Below, piece by piece: positions 39,350 to 52,880 of a DNA stretch of 64,000 bases. The notes below the pieces were generated by a model. That model ran no database searches. It had not been told where the DNA came from and saw nothing but the letters and a program-made list of their open reading frames with translations. The position numbers and the translations under genes are program-made. The stretch is from Octopus vulgaris (lineage: Eukaryota): NCBI GenBank assembly GCA_951406725.2, contig OX597827.1:2790001-2854000 (forward strand). Direction: 5' to 3'. Every line of letters starts with the position of its first letter. Within the stretch, counting starts at the first letter, position 1.

Positions 39350-39589
39350 TTTACTCTTTTACTCGTTTCAGTCATTTGACTGTGGCCATGCTGGAGCACT
39401 GCCTTTAGTCGAGGAAATCGACTCCAGGACTTATTCTTTGTAAGCCTAGTACTTATTCTATCAGTCTCTTCTGCTGAACCTCTAAGTTATGGGAACGTAC
39501 TACACCAGCATTGGTTGTTAAGTGATGTTTGAGGAACAAACGCAGACACACAAACATACACACACACATACATAAATACGTATATATAA

Positions 39590-39621
<32 letters not shown>

Positions 39622-39670
39622 GACAGGCTTCTTTCAATTTCCGTTTACCAAATCCACTCACAAGGCTTTG
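39350..39670 (-). mobile_element. SINE family B lacking its head
   Basis: Tail through caaggctttg only. Confidence 0.85.
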
Positions 39671-41150
39671 ATATATATAAATGTACATTTATATCTGAGT
39701 TGATATATGAGTTACATGTATATGCATATGTTTATGTATGCATGTTTGTACACACATCTTCATATATACACACACATTCATATGTATTCATGCATATGTG
39801 TGTGTGTTTACATAGGTTTTCATACATATGCATACAAAGCTATATACACATATACATACACATAGACATACACACACATGCATGCATGCACACATGCCTG
39901 CACTAATGTGTGTGTGTGTGTGTGTGCATGATACTTTTCTCTCTACTGCATATAACTTAAGAAGTATTTGGTCAATGTGAGGCTAAGTTACAAAAGATAT
40001 TTGCCCAAGGAGCTGCATGCATTGTATTGAAGCCATACCAAAAACATACTTTCTGAGCCAACATTTTATCCACACAGTCATGTCTGTATACACACACACA
40101 CACACACACACATACACACACACATGTGGTAGTAGTATTACATGTATTATTGGTCAACATATATGTGTTTAAGTTGTCTACTCTGCAAATCAAAAGCTGT
40201 ATTCAATGCATTTTGAAGTCAGTGCATGATATTTTATACTACAAAGATTACTTAGAACTTAGAAGATGCTGTATCTGCAGGGCAGCATATCGGCAGCAAA
40301 TTGACAGTTGTTAGAGCATCAGATAGAATGTCGTACAACAGTCATTTTAACTCTCTAGACTCAGTGTTCAAATCACACTGAAGTCATCTTTGCCTTTTAT
40401 CTTTCCCAGGTCCAATAAAGAATACTGTTTCAGTACTAGGGTTGATTTTTCCCTCTCTTTTGCATTTGCTCTTTGTCTGGGGGGTGGGGTGGAAATAAAA
40501 GTGAAATCGTCTGTGTTTGGACCCAGAGATGGACTATCACTGCCACATTTGTAATGTCTAAAACTTGTTTGTTGAATGTCACAACAGTAGAACTCTGACT
40601 GCCCCAGGAATTGAGGAATCTCAGACGAAATGAAAGACACATACACATATGTAATATATATATATATATTCATATATTTCTCTCTTTCTCTGTATATATG
40701 TATAATAGAAAATGAAGAGGAGAGTGGAGATTTATTTGCATCCAAAACTTTTTATTAAAAAGTTTTCTACAGCTTATATAACAATGACCAACATATGTTT
40801 CTACTGCACCGACTGCACATTGCTCTGTATGCAATTATGCATCCTAGTCACTGCAATTTCATCAAGGTTCCATCACTTACGACGTTTCAAAAGTGAACTA
40901 ATTCAAACAAACTTCCTGCCTTGGTTATAACATTACTTTTTAAAGGAAATTAAATTCCGGTCTTATAGTCACCTCCACTGGTGAATCATGGTTTATAAAA
41001 TGTTCATTCATATTACAATCAATTGTTGCAGTTTTGCTTACATTTACTGTATGGAGTACATTATTTATTCAGAAGTAATTCACTTATGTTTGGGTTTATA
41101 CCCTCATTTAATATTATTTTTGTTATTATTACTAAAATTATTTTACTATT

Positions 41151-41312
41151 GTTGTTGTATTTAGGAATGGTCATGTTGCCAGTTTAGCCAATAAAAACAC
41201 ACGTACTATATATTTGGTGTTAATTGACTAAACTGGCAACATGACCATTCCTAAATACAACAATATCTGTTTTGACACGTGATTTCACATCAAGAATCTT
41301 ACAAAACAAATA
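41151..41312. mobile_element. Fold-back insertion with perfect 36-bp arms and 12-bp flanking direct repeat
   Basis: Arms 41152-41187 / 41228-41263; TATTTTACTATT at 41139-41150 and 41313-41324. Confidence 0.75.
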
Positions 41313-41422
41313 TATTTTACTATTATTTTCAAAAATATCATTAATTATCAAAATCATTATGTTAACTAGTATAATTACTATAGATGGTAATTTGTGTTTC
41401 TTTAAATCATTTAAATGTATAT

Positions 41423-41947
41423 TTAATCCAATGTGGACTGTCTAGTGTTTATAATAATGTTTTTAATAAAGAAAATTTGGTACATTTCCTCCACACAAAG
41501 GTTACATCTATTATCACTGATCCTATAAGGTTTTACTTCACAAATATTTTCCCAAGCAATTGAAAATACTTTGTTACTATCTTTAAGTACCCAAATTAGC
41601 TTACTAAGGCTGATAGTATTCAGTTTGTCCCTATTTCTAAAAGAACTTGAATGATTGGTAATTCTCTGCTTAATATAACATGAGCTAGCTTCTACATCGA
41701 AATATTCTCTATTCTCTGAGGTAATTTTACATCTGTATACGATATTTATACGTTTACAACCAGTGCCAAGCAGACAGAGCCTATACCTCGCACAATCACA
41801 GCTGATAGTTCTAGTACTTCCATCACTACTATCCACTTCACCTACTCTATATGTGATTTTTATATTCTCCTGTCTTTCTTCTAAGCTACCAGTCTTCTCC
41901 ACAGAGACAACACTCTGAGTACTTCTCCCTCTAGGATTCATATCCAC
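41423..41947 (-). pseudogene. Penelope-like retroelement C-terminal GIY-YIG endonuclease fragment, degenerate
   Basis: CxCx5Cx5C linker (CDCARYRLCLLGTGC), NIVY, eroded YIG position, KQRITNH, SLSKLIW, AW, CNLCVEE, IIN. No RT is visible and upstream frames are broken. Confidence 0.8.
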
Positions 41948-42277
41948 TACTTCCAGGCCAACTGTAGAGCTCCCTCAGGTCTCTTCAATTCCATTGGTTG
42001 CCAAACCATATTCCTATCCTGATACCCAGCTGTGTCATCCATAGTCTGAACATTCATGTTGACATTATTGCTATTTATTGATCTATAATTATAGTTCTGG
42101 TTACTGCTATTGCTAAAAATCATGGAAACTTAAATTTATTATCATTGTGTACAGCTATAATTTGTGCTTGATTTTTGCTATTACAGCTGGGAGGGGGGAC
42201 ACATATGCCACAGAAACCGGGCCCATGAGCCTGGCTAAGCTTAAAAAGGGCAACGTTTATTGTTTTATATATATAAA

Positions 42278-42510
42278 CAGGGCTGGCCAAAAGTCATCTG
42301 ACAGTAAATCAAAACCATTTAATTCCAAAATTTATTTATGTTTAACAACTGAATGAATTTAATAAAAGCATCTAAATATGAAACATCATGAAAATTGTTT
42401 AAACTGAAGTACTTCTTGGGTGACACATTTTTCCATTCAAGTCAATACAGAATTAGAGAAAGTATTTATGGAATTTTGATTTACTATCGGGTGTGTTTTG
42501 GCCAACCCTG
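42278..42510. mobile_element. Tc1-type MITE, ~233 bp
   Basis: ~37-bp TIRs cagggctggccaaaagtcatctgacagtaaatcaaaa / ttttgatttactatcgggtgtgttttggccaaccctg followed by TA. Confidence 0.85.
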
Positions 42511-42564
<54 letters not shown>

Positions 42565-43025
42565 ATTCTTTTATTTATTTCAATCATTTGACTGTGGCCA
42601 TGCTGGAGCACCATCTTTAGTCAAACAAATCAACCCCAGGACTTATTCTTTGTAAGCCTAGTACTTAGTCTATCGGTCTCTTTTCCCAAACCGCTAAGTT
42701 ATGGAGACATAAACACACCAGCAACGATTGTCAAGCGATGGTGGTGGGGGGACAAACACACACACACAAATGCCCACACACACATGCAACGGGCTTCTGT
42801 CAGTTTCCGTCTACCAAATCCACTCACAAGGCTTTGGTCGGCCTGAGTTTGAACAATTTTCATGATGTTTCATATTTAGATGCTTTTATTAAATTTTATT
42901 AAATTCAGTTGTGAAACATAAATAAATCTTGGAATTAAATGGTTTTGATTTACTGACACTTGCCCAAGGTGCCACAAAGTGGGATTGAACCCGGAACCAT
43001 GTGGTTGGTAAGCAGGCTACTTAGC
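42565..43025 (-). mobile_element. SINE family B carrying a 110-bp foreign insert
   Basis: B sequence interrupted at 42846-42955. Confidence 0.85.
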
Positions 43026-43495
43026 ACATATTTATGTATACATACTCATCCATACACATGCACAAGTTAATGTCTGGCCTCTTACAAAAATTCTACAGAA
43101 AGTATAACATAAAACAACTGCTTCTATTATTTGTTGTTCATCATCATCTCTGTTATCAGTGTCACCTTGTTAATCACAGTCACTATCATCATCATCACCA
43201 CCATTATCAGCCTCTTCACTATCATCCTCAACACAACCATCCCCACCGTTGCTACCATCTTTATGCATATTAGTATCATCACCACCACCACAGTTCCACT
43301 TTCATTTACAGTATGCAATCATATCTATTGTCACATATTAGTAGTACCATTAATCATGTTGATACAATACATACCAGTCAAATACTGGGTTGATTCAACA
43401 GATTAGATCTCTCACCCAGACTCTGTGAATTTACACCTATACCAGAAATAGTTTTGAATTGGTTTATTAATTAATAAAAATCTAATATGATAATA

Positions 43496-44672
43496 ATGGC
43501 TTCAAAATTTGCCACAGGGGCAGCAATTTTGGGGGCGGGGAGGAGTCGATTACATGAACCCCAGTATACAACTGGTACTTATTTTATCAACCCCTGAAAG
43601 AATGAAAAACAAAGTAGACCTTCGTAGAATTTGAATATGCATTTTGCCCAACATGCTAACGATTCTACCAGCTCATTACATTAATGATGATAAATTCACC
43701 TCTGGAAACATTGGTGTTTCGTTCCCCCTTAAACCACCCTTATTCAGGGATCTTTTGAGTAGGAAGAGCTACTCAACCTGAAAAAAATCCTAACAGGGCC
43801 CCACCTGCAAGATCATGTTCTGTTTATCTTGATATGAGATCATCATGTTGTGCACATATGGTTGTGATGCATGTGCCTGGTGTACCCTTATCAGACGAGT
43901 CATCATGATAAGTATACTAGGCTTCGTATATTTTATCCTAGTGTTACTTTGATAGCATGTAGTGCTCTCTCACTCATTGATAATAATAATAGTATTGGCT
44001 TTAAGTTATAGCACAATGCTAGCAATTTTAAAGGGCAGGCGCAACTCAACTACATAAACTCCAGTACTTGACTGGTACTGTATTATATCAACTCCAAAAT
44101 AAAGACAAAGTTGATTTTTACAGGATTTGAACTCAGAATGATAAGAACTGGAAAAAATGTCACCAAGTATTTTATTCACTGTGCCACTGATGCTGCCAAC
44201 TAGCCTCTTTAATAAAAATAATAATAATAATAATAATAATCCTTCGTGCTGTAGGTGCAAGGCCTTAAATGTTTTGGAGAGGGGATCTAGTTGTTTACAT
44301 TGACCCCAGTGTTTCACTGGTACTTGATTTATTGACCTCAAATGAATGAAAAACAAAGTCAAACTTGGCAGGACTTGAACTCAAAACGTAGCAATTGGCA
44401 AAATACCACAAAGTATTTCGTCCAGTGTGCTAACAGTTCTGCCAGCTCGCCACCTTAATGATGATGATGATGATGATAATAATAATAATAATAATAATCC
44501 GGGGGAGGGTGTAAGTTGATTACATTGACTCCAATGCTTGACTGGTACTCATTTTGTTGACCCCGAAAAGGTGAAAAGCAGAGGTGACCTCAGTGGAATT
44601 TGAGCTCAGAACATGAAGATGGATGAAATACCACTAAGCGTTTTGTCCAGGGTGCTAACAATTCTGCCAGCT
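43496..44672 (-). mobile_element. Array of four SINE A2 copies plus element D fragment (43693-43975), separated by (AAT)n
   Basis: Copies at ~43496-43680, 43997-44208, 44238-44456 and 44498-44672. Confidence 0.8.
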
Positions 44673-44755
44673 AAAGGATTTGCTAAATGCACCCCTACTT
44701 AAAATTGTGACCTTGTGTCAAAGTCAGAATTTATTGTTGTAGTTGCTGTTGTTAA

Positions 44756-45363
44756 GGCAGTAGATTAGCAACAGAATTGTTAGAGAATTTGATAAAATGT
44801 CTTATGATATTTCTTCCAGCAGTTTACATTCTGGGTTTCAAGTTTTTCCACAGTCATCTTTGCCTTTCATCTCTTTAGGGCTGATAGTTGATAAGCAAAA
44901 GTACCTGTCAAGTACTGTGATAAATTTGGGCCTTCAGCCTAATCCAAAAGCCATTAGGCAGCGTGCCAGGCAAAATGTTTAGTGGCAATACGTCTGTCTC
45001 TAGATCGTGAGTTCAAATTATACTGAGGTCGATTTTACCATTTATGTTCTCAGGGTCGATAAAATAAGTACCAGTTACACACTTGAAATCATTATTAATT
45101 ATTATTATTATTATTATCATTATTATAATTATTATGGCAGTGAGAGGGAAGAATCATTAGCATGCTGGGCAAGATGCTTAGTGGCATTCCATCCCTCTTT
45201 ACATTCTAAGTTCAAATTCCACCAAGGTCAGCTTTGCCTTACATCCTTTCAGGGTCGATGAATTAAGTACCAGTCAAGTACTGAGATCAGTGTGATTGAC
45301 TTTTTGCATCCCCCAAAAATTCAGACCTCGTGCTGTCAATAAAAAGGATTATTGTTTGAAACA

Positions 45364-45399
<36 letters not shown>

Positions 45400-46096
45400 T
45401 GTTAATATTGTTATTAAGGCTGCAAGCTAGCAGAATCATTAGTATGCCATGTAAAATGCTTAGCAATATTTCTACTGGTTTCACATTCTACATTCAAGTT
45501 CCATTGAAGTTGACTTTACCTTTCATCCTTTAAGGTTTGATGAAATAAGTACCAGTTGAGCATGGGTTCAATGTAATCAACCAAACCTGCCTGCTAAAAT
45601 TTAAGGCCTTAAGCCTTTAGCAGAAAGGATTACTATTATTATTATTATTATTATTAAGGCAGCAAGCTGGCAGAATTGTTAGCATGCCAGGCAAAATGCT
45701 TTGCAGTATTTTGCCCGTCACTACGTTATGAGCCTAAATTCCACCGAGGTCAACTTTGCTTTTCATCCTTTCAGGGCCAGTAAATTAAGTACCAGTGAAA
45801 CACTGGGGTCAATGTAATCGACTAATCCCCTCCCCACAAATTTCAGGCCTTGTGCCTTTAGTAGAAAAGATTATCATTATTATTATTATTATCATTATTA
45901 TTATTAAGGCAGTGAGCTGGTAGATTCATTAGCACACTGCTCAAATGCTTAGTGGCATTTTGTCTGCCTTTATGTTCAAATTCCACCTAAGTTGACCTTG
46001 CCTTTAATCCTCCAAGGGTCGATAAGATAAGTACCAATTGAGCAGAGGGGTCAATGTAATCGACTTAGCCCATCCCCCAGAATTGCTGGCCTGGTT
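44756..46096 (+). mobile_element. Array of about six SINE A2 copies, mostly separated by (ATT)n
   Basis: Copies starting ~44756, 44957, 45136, 45417, 45657 and 45907; most begin ttaaggc or atggc after an ATT-type run. Confidence 0.85.
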
Positions 46097-46563
46097 CTAT
46101 TATCATTCTGTGCCTTCGCTATACCTACTGAGCACATCTCTATGTATGTTGAATGTTTTGGTTTTGTTTTCTGTTTTGTAGAGTACTCTATACAATGTGT
46201 ATTTAGTCATACTATTATACTAATATGTGTAGTATAATTATATGTATTATACTATGTGTACAGTAATAATATTTCATGTATGCTGCATACATGTGTAAAT
46301 CTTTGGGCATTCGTTATATATTGGTTGGCATGTTTGTTAATTAGTTCCAAAGACATTTCATATTACAGGAATTGCTTGTTTCTATCTTCCACATTGTGGT
46401 TATCCCTATTTTTAGATCTTTTATTTATATTTTAGTTACTGAAGTGAAGTCATGTAGGGGCATTGCCTTGAAGGGTCTTAGTCAAACAGATCAACACCAG
46501 TATTTATTCTATTGGCCTGTTCTGCTGAATGGCTAAGTTTTGGGGAACAAAGACGAAGACACA

Positions 46564-46608
<45 letters not shown>

Positions 46609-47229
46609 TAATATATATATATATATATATATATACATACACATATACACACACTCTGATATATGACAGGCTTCCATGCACTTCAGTAACCATATCCACT
46701 CACAAAACTTTGAACAGCATGAGGCCATAGTAAAAAACATTTACCCAAAGTGTCATGCAGAGAGATTGAACCTGGAACCATATGGTTGAAAAACAAACTT
46801 CTTACCACATGGCCATAAATGTATGTGGATAAGTTTCCCCTATTCTTCACAAGATATATTATTATCTGTTGTGGCAGACACTTCAAGCAGGGTAATATTT
46901 CTTTACGTATTTTGATCACAATATCCTGCCAGTTAGCCTTGATCTTTAACAAGCATTCATCATTGGACTGTGATCAAGCTGGAGCACCACATTCAGTTAT
47001 GATTATTATTGTGTTTGTTTTGTGGGTCAAACAAAATGTTTAGCGGCATTTCTTTCGACTCTTTACATGCTGAGTTCAAACTTTGCTGAGGTCAACAATC
47101 TTTGTTTTTCATCCTTCAGAGGTTGATAAAATAAATATACCAGTGCAGTGCAGTGCTGGGCCAATGTAATCAACTAACTCACCCAACCACTAAAATTGCT
47201 GGCCTTGCACCAAACTTGAAACATTATTA

Positions 47230-47297
47230 TGACTACTTCTACTACTAGTCCCAAAACCACCACCACCACCACCACCACTACTACAACTACTACTACA

Positions 47298-47380
<83 letters not shown>

Positions 47381-48386
47381 TAATAACAACAACAATAATA
47401 ATAATAATTAAATCTACATTTTCTTGGCAAACACATAAATAGTAATGATGATGATCAGCATCACCATAAGCGCAACACCAACCACGCCATTGTCACCATC
47501 ATCTCAACCATATCAACGACTGACATCGTTGACACTGTTGTTGTCACTATCAGCGACAGCAGCATTACAGCCACAACATCCACCCTTACCATTCCCACCA
47601 CCACCATCACCACCATCCTCATCATTGTTCACCACTGCTGCTGCCACAACCACCACCACCATCGTCACCATCTCCATCACTGTTGTTGGTATCACAACCA
47701 GTGAGTGGCTCCCCACATGCAGCTTTTCCTTCAAAACTTTTACAATACTGACCCCCAAACCGCATCCCCCACTTCAAACTACTATCAGCCCCATCATTCA
47801 CCACCCCTGATATGACAAGTAAATGATAATAAAACCTCTGTATGGTCACTGAATGTACTCGAAACAACAGCCAAATATTCCTTAAACCATAACCTATCAT
47901 GTTAAAAAAAGTAAAAAGTCCAAATTGGATGTGTCATACGTGATGGTCATCTTTGGAATATTTTTGATCATAGGTCTCCTGATTAGGTTGCCTGGGACTA
48001 AGCAGTTATAACTTATGTTGTATTCATCACTAATGTTGTCATCACCACTGCCACCATCATCATCAACACCACCACCACCATCAACATTATCACCATCATC
48101 ATCATCATCATTTCCATCATCAGCAGCAGCTCTAGCATTTTCATTATTACCATCACCACTGTCACCATCACCACCAGCATCATTATCACCACCACCATTA
48201 CCACCACCACTACTATCACCACCACCATCATCATCATCATCACCATCAATTGTCATCAATATCATAACTTAATTTACTCTTCCACACTCCATCCCAGGCC
48301 CACCCCACATGACTTTCACAGCGTCCACCCTACCATACCACTGCAACCGTGACCATCAATATGATTACCATCATCACTACCATCAC

Positions 48387-48422
<36 letters not shown>

Positions 48423-48790
48423 TGCAATCATTGTTGTCATCATTATTGCCATCACAATCATCATCATTATCATCACCATCATTATCGTTATCATTGCCCG
48501 TCATCATTTATCAGTGTTGTCATCGTTTTACAATACCATCACAACTATTGTCGTCAATATGATAGTCACGTAAAATCTTAACGCTCCAGATCTGTCCTGA
48601 CCCGACCCGACCTGACCCCGCATGACTTCCGCCCTGCTGACCTACCCCCCAACACACTACCTTTCTTCTTCCTTTTCATCATCATCCTCATCATCCCCTT
48701 CCTTTTCATCATTTTCCTTTTCATCATCATCATCATCATCATCATCTGTCCTCTTGTTTTTTATCCTCATCATCATCATCTCCATCATCG
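47230..48790. repeat. (ACC/ACT/AAT/CAT)n low-complexity region
   Basis: Triplet runs read directly. Confidence 0.85.
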
Positions 48791-48874
48791 TCACATACAA
48801 GAGCTGAAATCTAACTTGACTCTACTGAAACTAAAACTGAACTACAGAGAAAAGATATTAAAACTTACACTTAC

Positions 48875-49310
48875 CTGTCTGTTTTCTTCTTCTTCTTGTC
48901 GTTGTCGTCTTTGTAGTTAAAATCCCATAGTTGTAATTTTGTTTTTGTTGTTATTATTATTGTTGCTTATGTGTTTGTGTTATTAATGTTGTTTCTATTC
49001 TTGTTAATGTTAGTGATGAAACAACTGTAAGAGTTGTTGTTGTTTTTGTTGATGTGGTAGTTGTTGCTAATACCGATGCAGTTGGTTTTGATAATGCTGT
49101 TGTTGTTCTTGTTGATGGTGTTGTAATTGTATTTGTTGTTTAGTGTTGTTGTTGTTGGTGGCGGTGATGACACTGTTTTTGTTGTTATTGTTTTCTGTTG
49201 TCAGTTAGCCGAGACGTGCATCTTACTGTTGAGAACACTTAATAGTCACTGCTGCTGTTGTGTGATCTGCTGGCTCTGTTATACAGCTTAGCTTGCTCCA
49301 AGTTCTCTAC
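48875..49310 (-). other. Candidate non-coding first (5' UTR) exon of an unidentified gene
   Basis: Ends in CAG|GTAAGTGTAAGT (exon end 48875); AAC-rich, stops in all frames; promoter-like motifs upstream; 5' boundary uncertain. Confidence 0.35.
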
Positions 49311-49356
49311 TGCATGTCTCTGTCTCTGTCTCTCTGTATGCCTGTGTTAGTGTGTC

Positions 49357-49388
<32 letters not shown>

Positions 49389-49573
49389 CCTGTATCTATA
49401 TATGTATGCACATGCTTGTGTCTGTGTGTAAGAAAAAAGATAGACAGACTGACAAAGAAGTCCATAGGTTTAGAACGAGCCAAATACATGCATGTCTGTA
49501 CATATTTATATGCACGTGTGTGTGTGTGTATATATATATGTATAATATATGAAAACGAGAGAGACAGAGATGG

Positions 49574-49629
<56 letters not shown>

Positions 49630-49744
49630 AAGAGAGACAGACAGATTGGGATGTATATATATATATACATACACATACATCCACACTTATACACACACAT
49701 AAAGTGCAACACACGATACTCTCAAACCTCAAGTTACTTATGTA

Positions 49745-50045
49745 GCTTTATAGCTAAATAATAGATGGACAGATGGACAGACAGATGGACAGACATAGAC
49801 AGAAAGATAGATAGGTAGAGAGATATGTGTATATATGTATGTAATTGGCTAGCCAATGACAGGCTGCTTAAGGCTCCTTTGGGAGTGAGAGGGGGGTGTC
49901 TCATAAAAATTTATAAATATAAATTAAAGAAAAATTAAATTAAAAAAGACGGCATAAAACCCCAGGAAGATTGCAGCCCCTCTGCTCCCAGCTCCAACCC
50001 TAACATTGTCATTAATTGACAATATGAGTCATTTATTAGTATAAC
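49745..50045 (-). promoter_or_regulatory. Candidate promoter/enhancer
   Basis: TATAAA (minus, 49747-49752), palindromic double CCAAT ATTGGCTAGCCAAT (49844-49857), CATAAA x2, TTAATTG, TGAGTCA. Confidence 0.35.
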
Positions 50046-50531
50046 AATATCCTTTCAAACAAAATGTAAAATTTTAAATGTTCCCATACATAAGACCATT
50101 ACATTGATATGTATATAATTACATGCGTATACACTCATACATACATACATATATACATAGTTGCATACGTATATATATTATATATTTCAGACATGCATAT
50201 TTACATTAGTATTTAACTATATATGTGTGTTTTTATCATCATATGGTCTTGTAAGATTAAACACATATAAATATATCAACATGCATATATATGTGTATAT
50301 ATGTGTGTGTATATATATATATATAGATATATATACAGATAGATAGATAGATATAGATATAGACACACACACATACACACACTTATATAGACTCACACAC
50401 AAACATGTGGATATGCACAGGTGTATATAAAGCCAATAGATAAACATACACTAATAAAAACAACCAAAGTATATACATATTTAAAAGTATTCACCATACA
50501 AACAGAAACACACACAAACACATGCATATGA

Positions 50532-50575
<44 letters not shown>

Positions 50576-50655
50576 GCAATCACACACAATCACAATCAAA
50601 GACACACACATGTGCCACCTATCAGAAACTGTCCAGTAATTTGTGAGATAAGTAC

Positions 50656-50702
<47 letters not shown>

Positions 50703-51253
50703 AAGAGAGGGTGAATGGAAATAAGAAAGAGTGAGAAGAAGAAGAAGAAAGATAAAATGTGAGAAGAGAACATAAAGTGTAAGAAAAAAAGAGAATGTAA
50801 GAGAGGAGAGAGGGGGGTGTATAAAGAGAAAGAATGGACAGACAATGGTGAGGGAGGGTGAGAGGTGGTGCTGGTGAGTGTCAGTGTGGAGTGCTGGTGG
50901 CGGTGGCGGTGGTTGTGGTGTTGGTAGGGGTGGAATATGTCTTGAAAATGAATTTTCTGAAATAAAATTGATGCCAAAATTCCACTTATATATTACAATT
51001 AATTAACTTTAACACGGACTTCAATATTTCCTACATTAATTGCTTCTCACACCCCGTTCAGCTTTCCAAAAGCTGTTTGAATATTTCTTAGTATCTCTCT
51101 TCATCTCTCTCTCTCTCTCTCTCGAAATATATATGTACACACACACACACACATACACACACACATACACACACACACACACATGACAGAGAAAAGGAGA
51201 AAAGATAAACATAATATTATATCTTTATCACTTTCCCAGTCTCTTACACTCTC

Positions 51254-51308
<55 letters not shown>

Positions 51309-51809
51309 GCATGCATGCATATATGTATACACACATATATAATCAGTTTCTCACTTTTCCATCTCACCCTTTCTCTCTTACTCTCTCCCCTAAACACTGC
51401 ATGCATTTTAATGTCAGCGAATTTGAATAAAATTAGAGAATTCCTCTAAATTATTCCAACCATTATCTATTTTCCAATTGCCTCCTGACACCCTGTGGCT
51501 GATTCTCTCTCTCTCTTTTCCTCCCTTTCTCCCTCACTCCCTACCTCTTTCACCACCTCTCTCTCTCTTCCTCACACGTTCTCCTGTTCATGAAATACCA
51601 ATTCATGCTTATGAATAAAAGATCACTATAATGCGACTAGATTACAGAAGTTCTGATTACTGCTTTCTTAAAGATGGGCATCTTCCTCTTAATATTACAC
51701 CCCACCACCTCACTCCAGCATCTCCCTCTTTCTCGCTCTCCCCAAGGACCCTCTACCCACACTCTGACACTCTGTCGTACCTTACCTCCAACCTTCCATC
51801 TCATTAAGG

Positions 51810-51840
<31 letters not shown>

Positions 51841-51869
51841 TTCTATCTTTCTTTGTTGTCAAAGACATT

Positions 51870-52015
51870 GCCATTGATGCCACCTTACTAAATATCATCT
51901 TAATCATCATCACCATCGACACCATCATCATCATCATCATCAGTGTTCTAATCATCATCACCATCATCATCATCATTACAACTATCAGCTTCATTTGTAA
52001 TAAAATCCTCATTCA

Positions 52016-52046
<31 letters not shown>

Positions 52047-52880
52047 CCCTCGTCAACTACATCACCTCTACATAACCAATTGACCTCCCAATGATTACAG
52101 CCAAGTCTCCCACAAATCAAATTCTATCTTCTTAAAAAAAATAAAGGGTCAGCCATATTAAATAACATTGTCCTAGAATCTTCTAGAAAGACTGGATAGT
52201 CATGACTGGAAGGCCTTTAATGGTAGGGATACTCAAGCAGCATTGGCTTGGGGCTAAACAGCAACGATATCATCATTATCACCAGTGTTGCAGCCATCAC
52301 CATCATTATCATCATCGTGATCATTATTATAATAATAATAATCATTGTTAAAGGATACTATCAACATTATCAAGAGTCAGAAATAATCATCATTGTCATT
52401 ACTGTCATGTGATAGATCATTATCAAACTTCGCCATAATGATTCTTGAGATCATTATCATCACTGTCGTCATACTTCTCATCACCACCACCATTATCACC
52501 ATCATCATTATCATCATCATCACCACCACCACCACCAGCATTATCCTCATCACCAGAACCATCATCATCATTGTAATGATCATGACTATTATTCTTGAAT
52601 TCGTCATCAATATCATCTCAATAGTACTCAAGATTTTCATCATGTTCATCACCGGCAACATCACAATTATACTCAAGATCATCATTATCATCATCATCTC
52701 CATCATCATTATCATCATCACCAGCAACATCACAATTATACTTCAAGATGATTATCATCAACTTCATCATCATAACTACTCTCAAGGATTTTATCATCAA
52801 CATCATCACAATTGTAATTATTTTCACAGATTGTTATCATCATTATTATCAATGTTTCATCAACATCACCATCATCATCA
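51870..52880. repeat. (CAT)n low-complexity region with recurring tcaaga/tcttga units
   Basis: Read directly. Confidence 0.8.

Noticed and set aside
40875-40980. Possible minus-strand exon (ccag...gtaagt)
   Set aside because: Stops in all three frames and no other support
41269-41307. Minus-strand GAAATCACGTGTC resembling a hammerhead 3' half
   Set aside because: No CTGANGA core and no credible stem II
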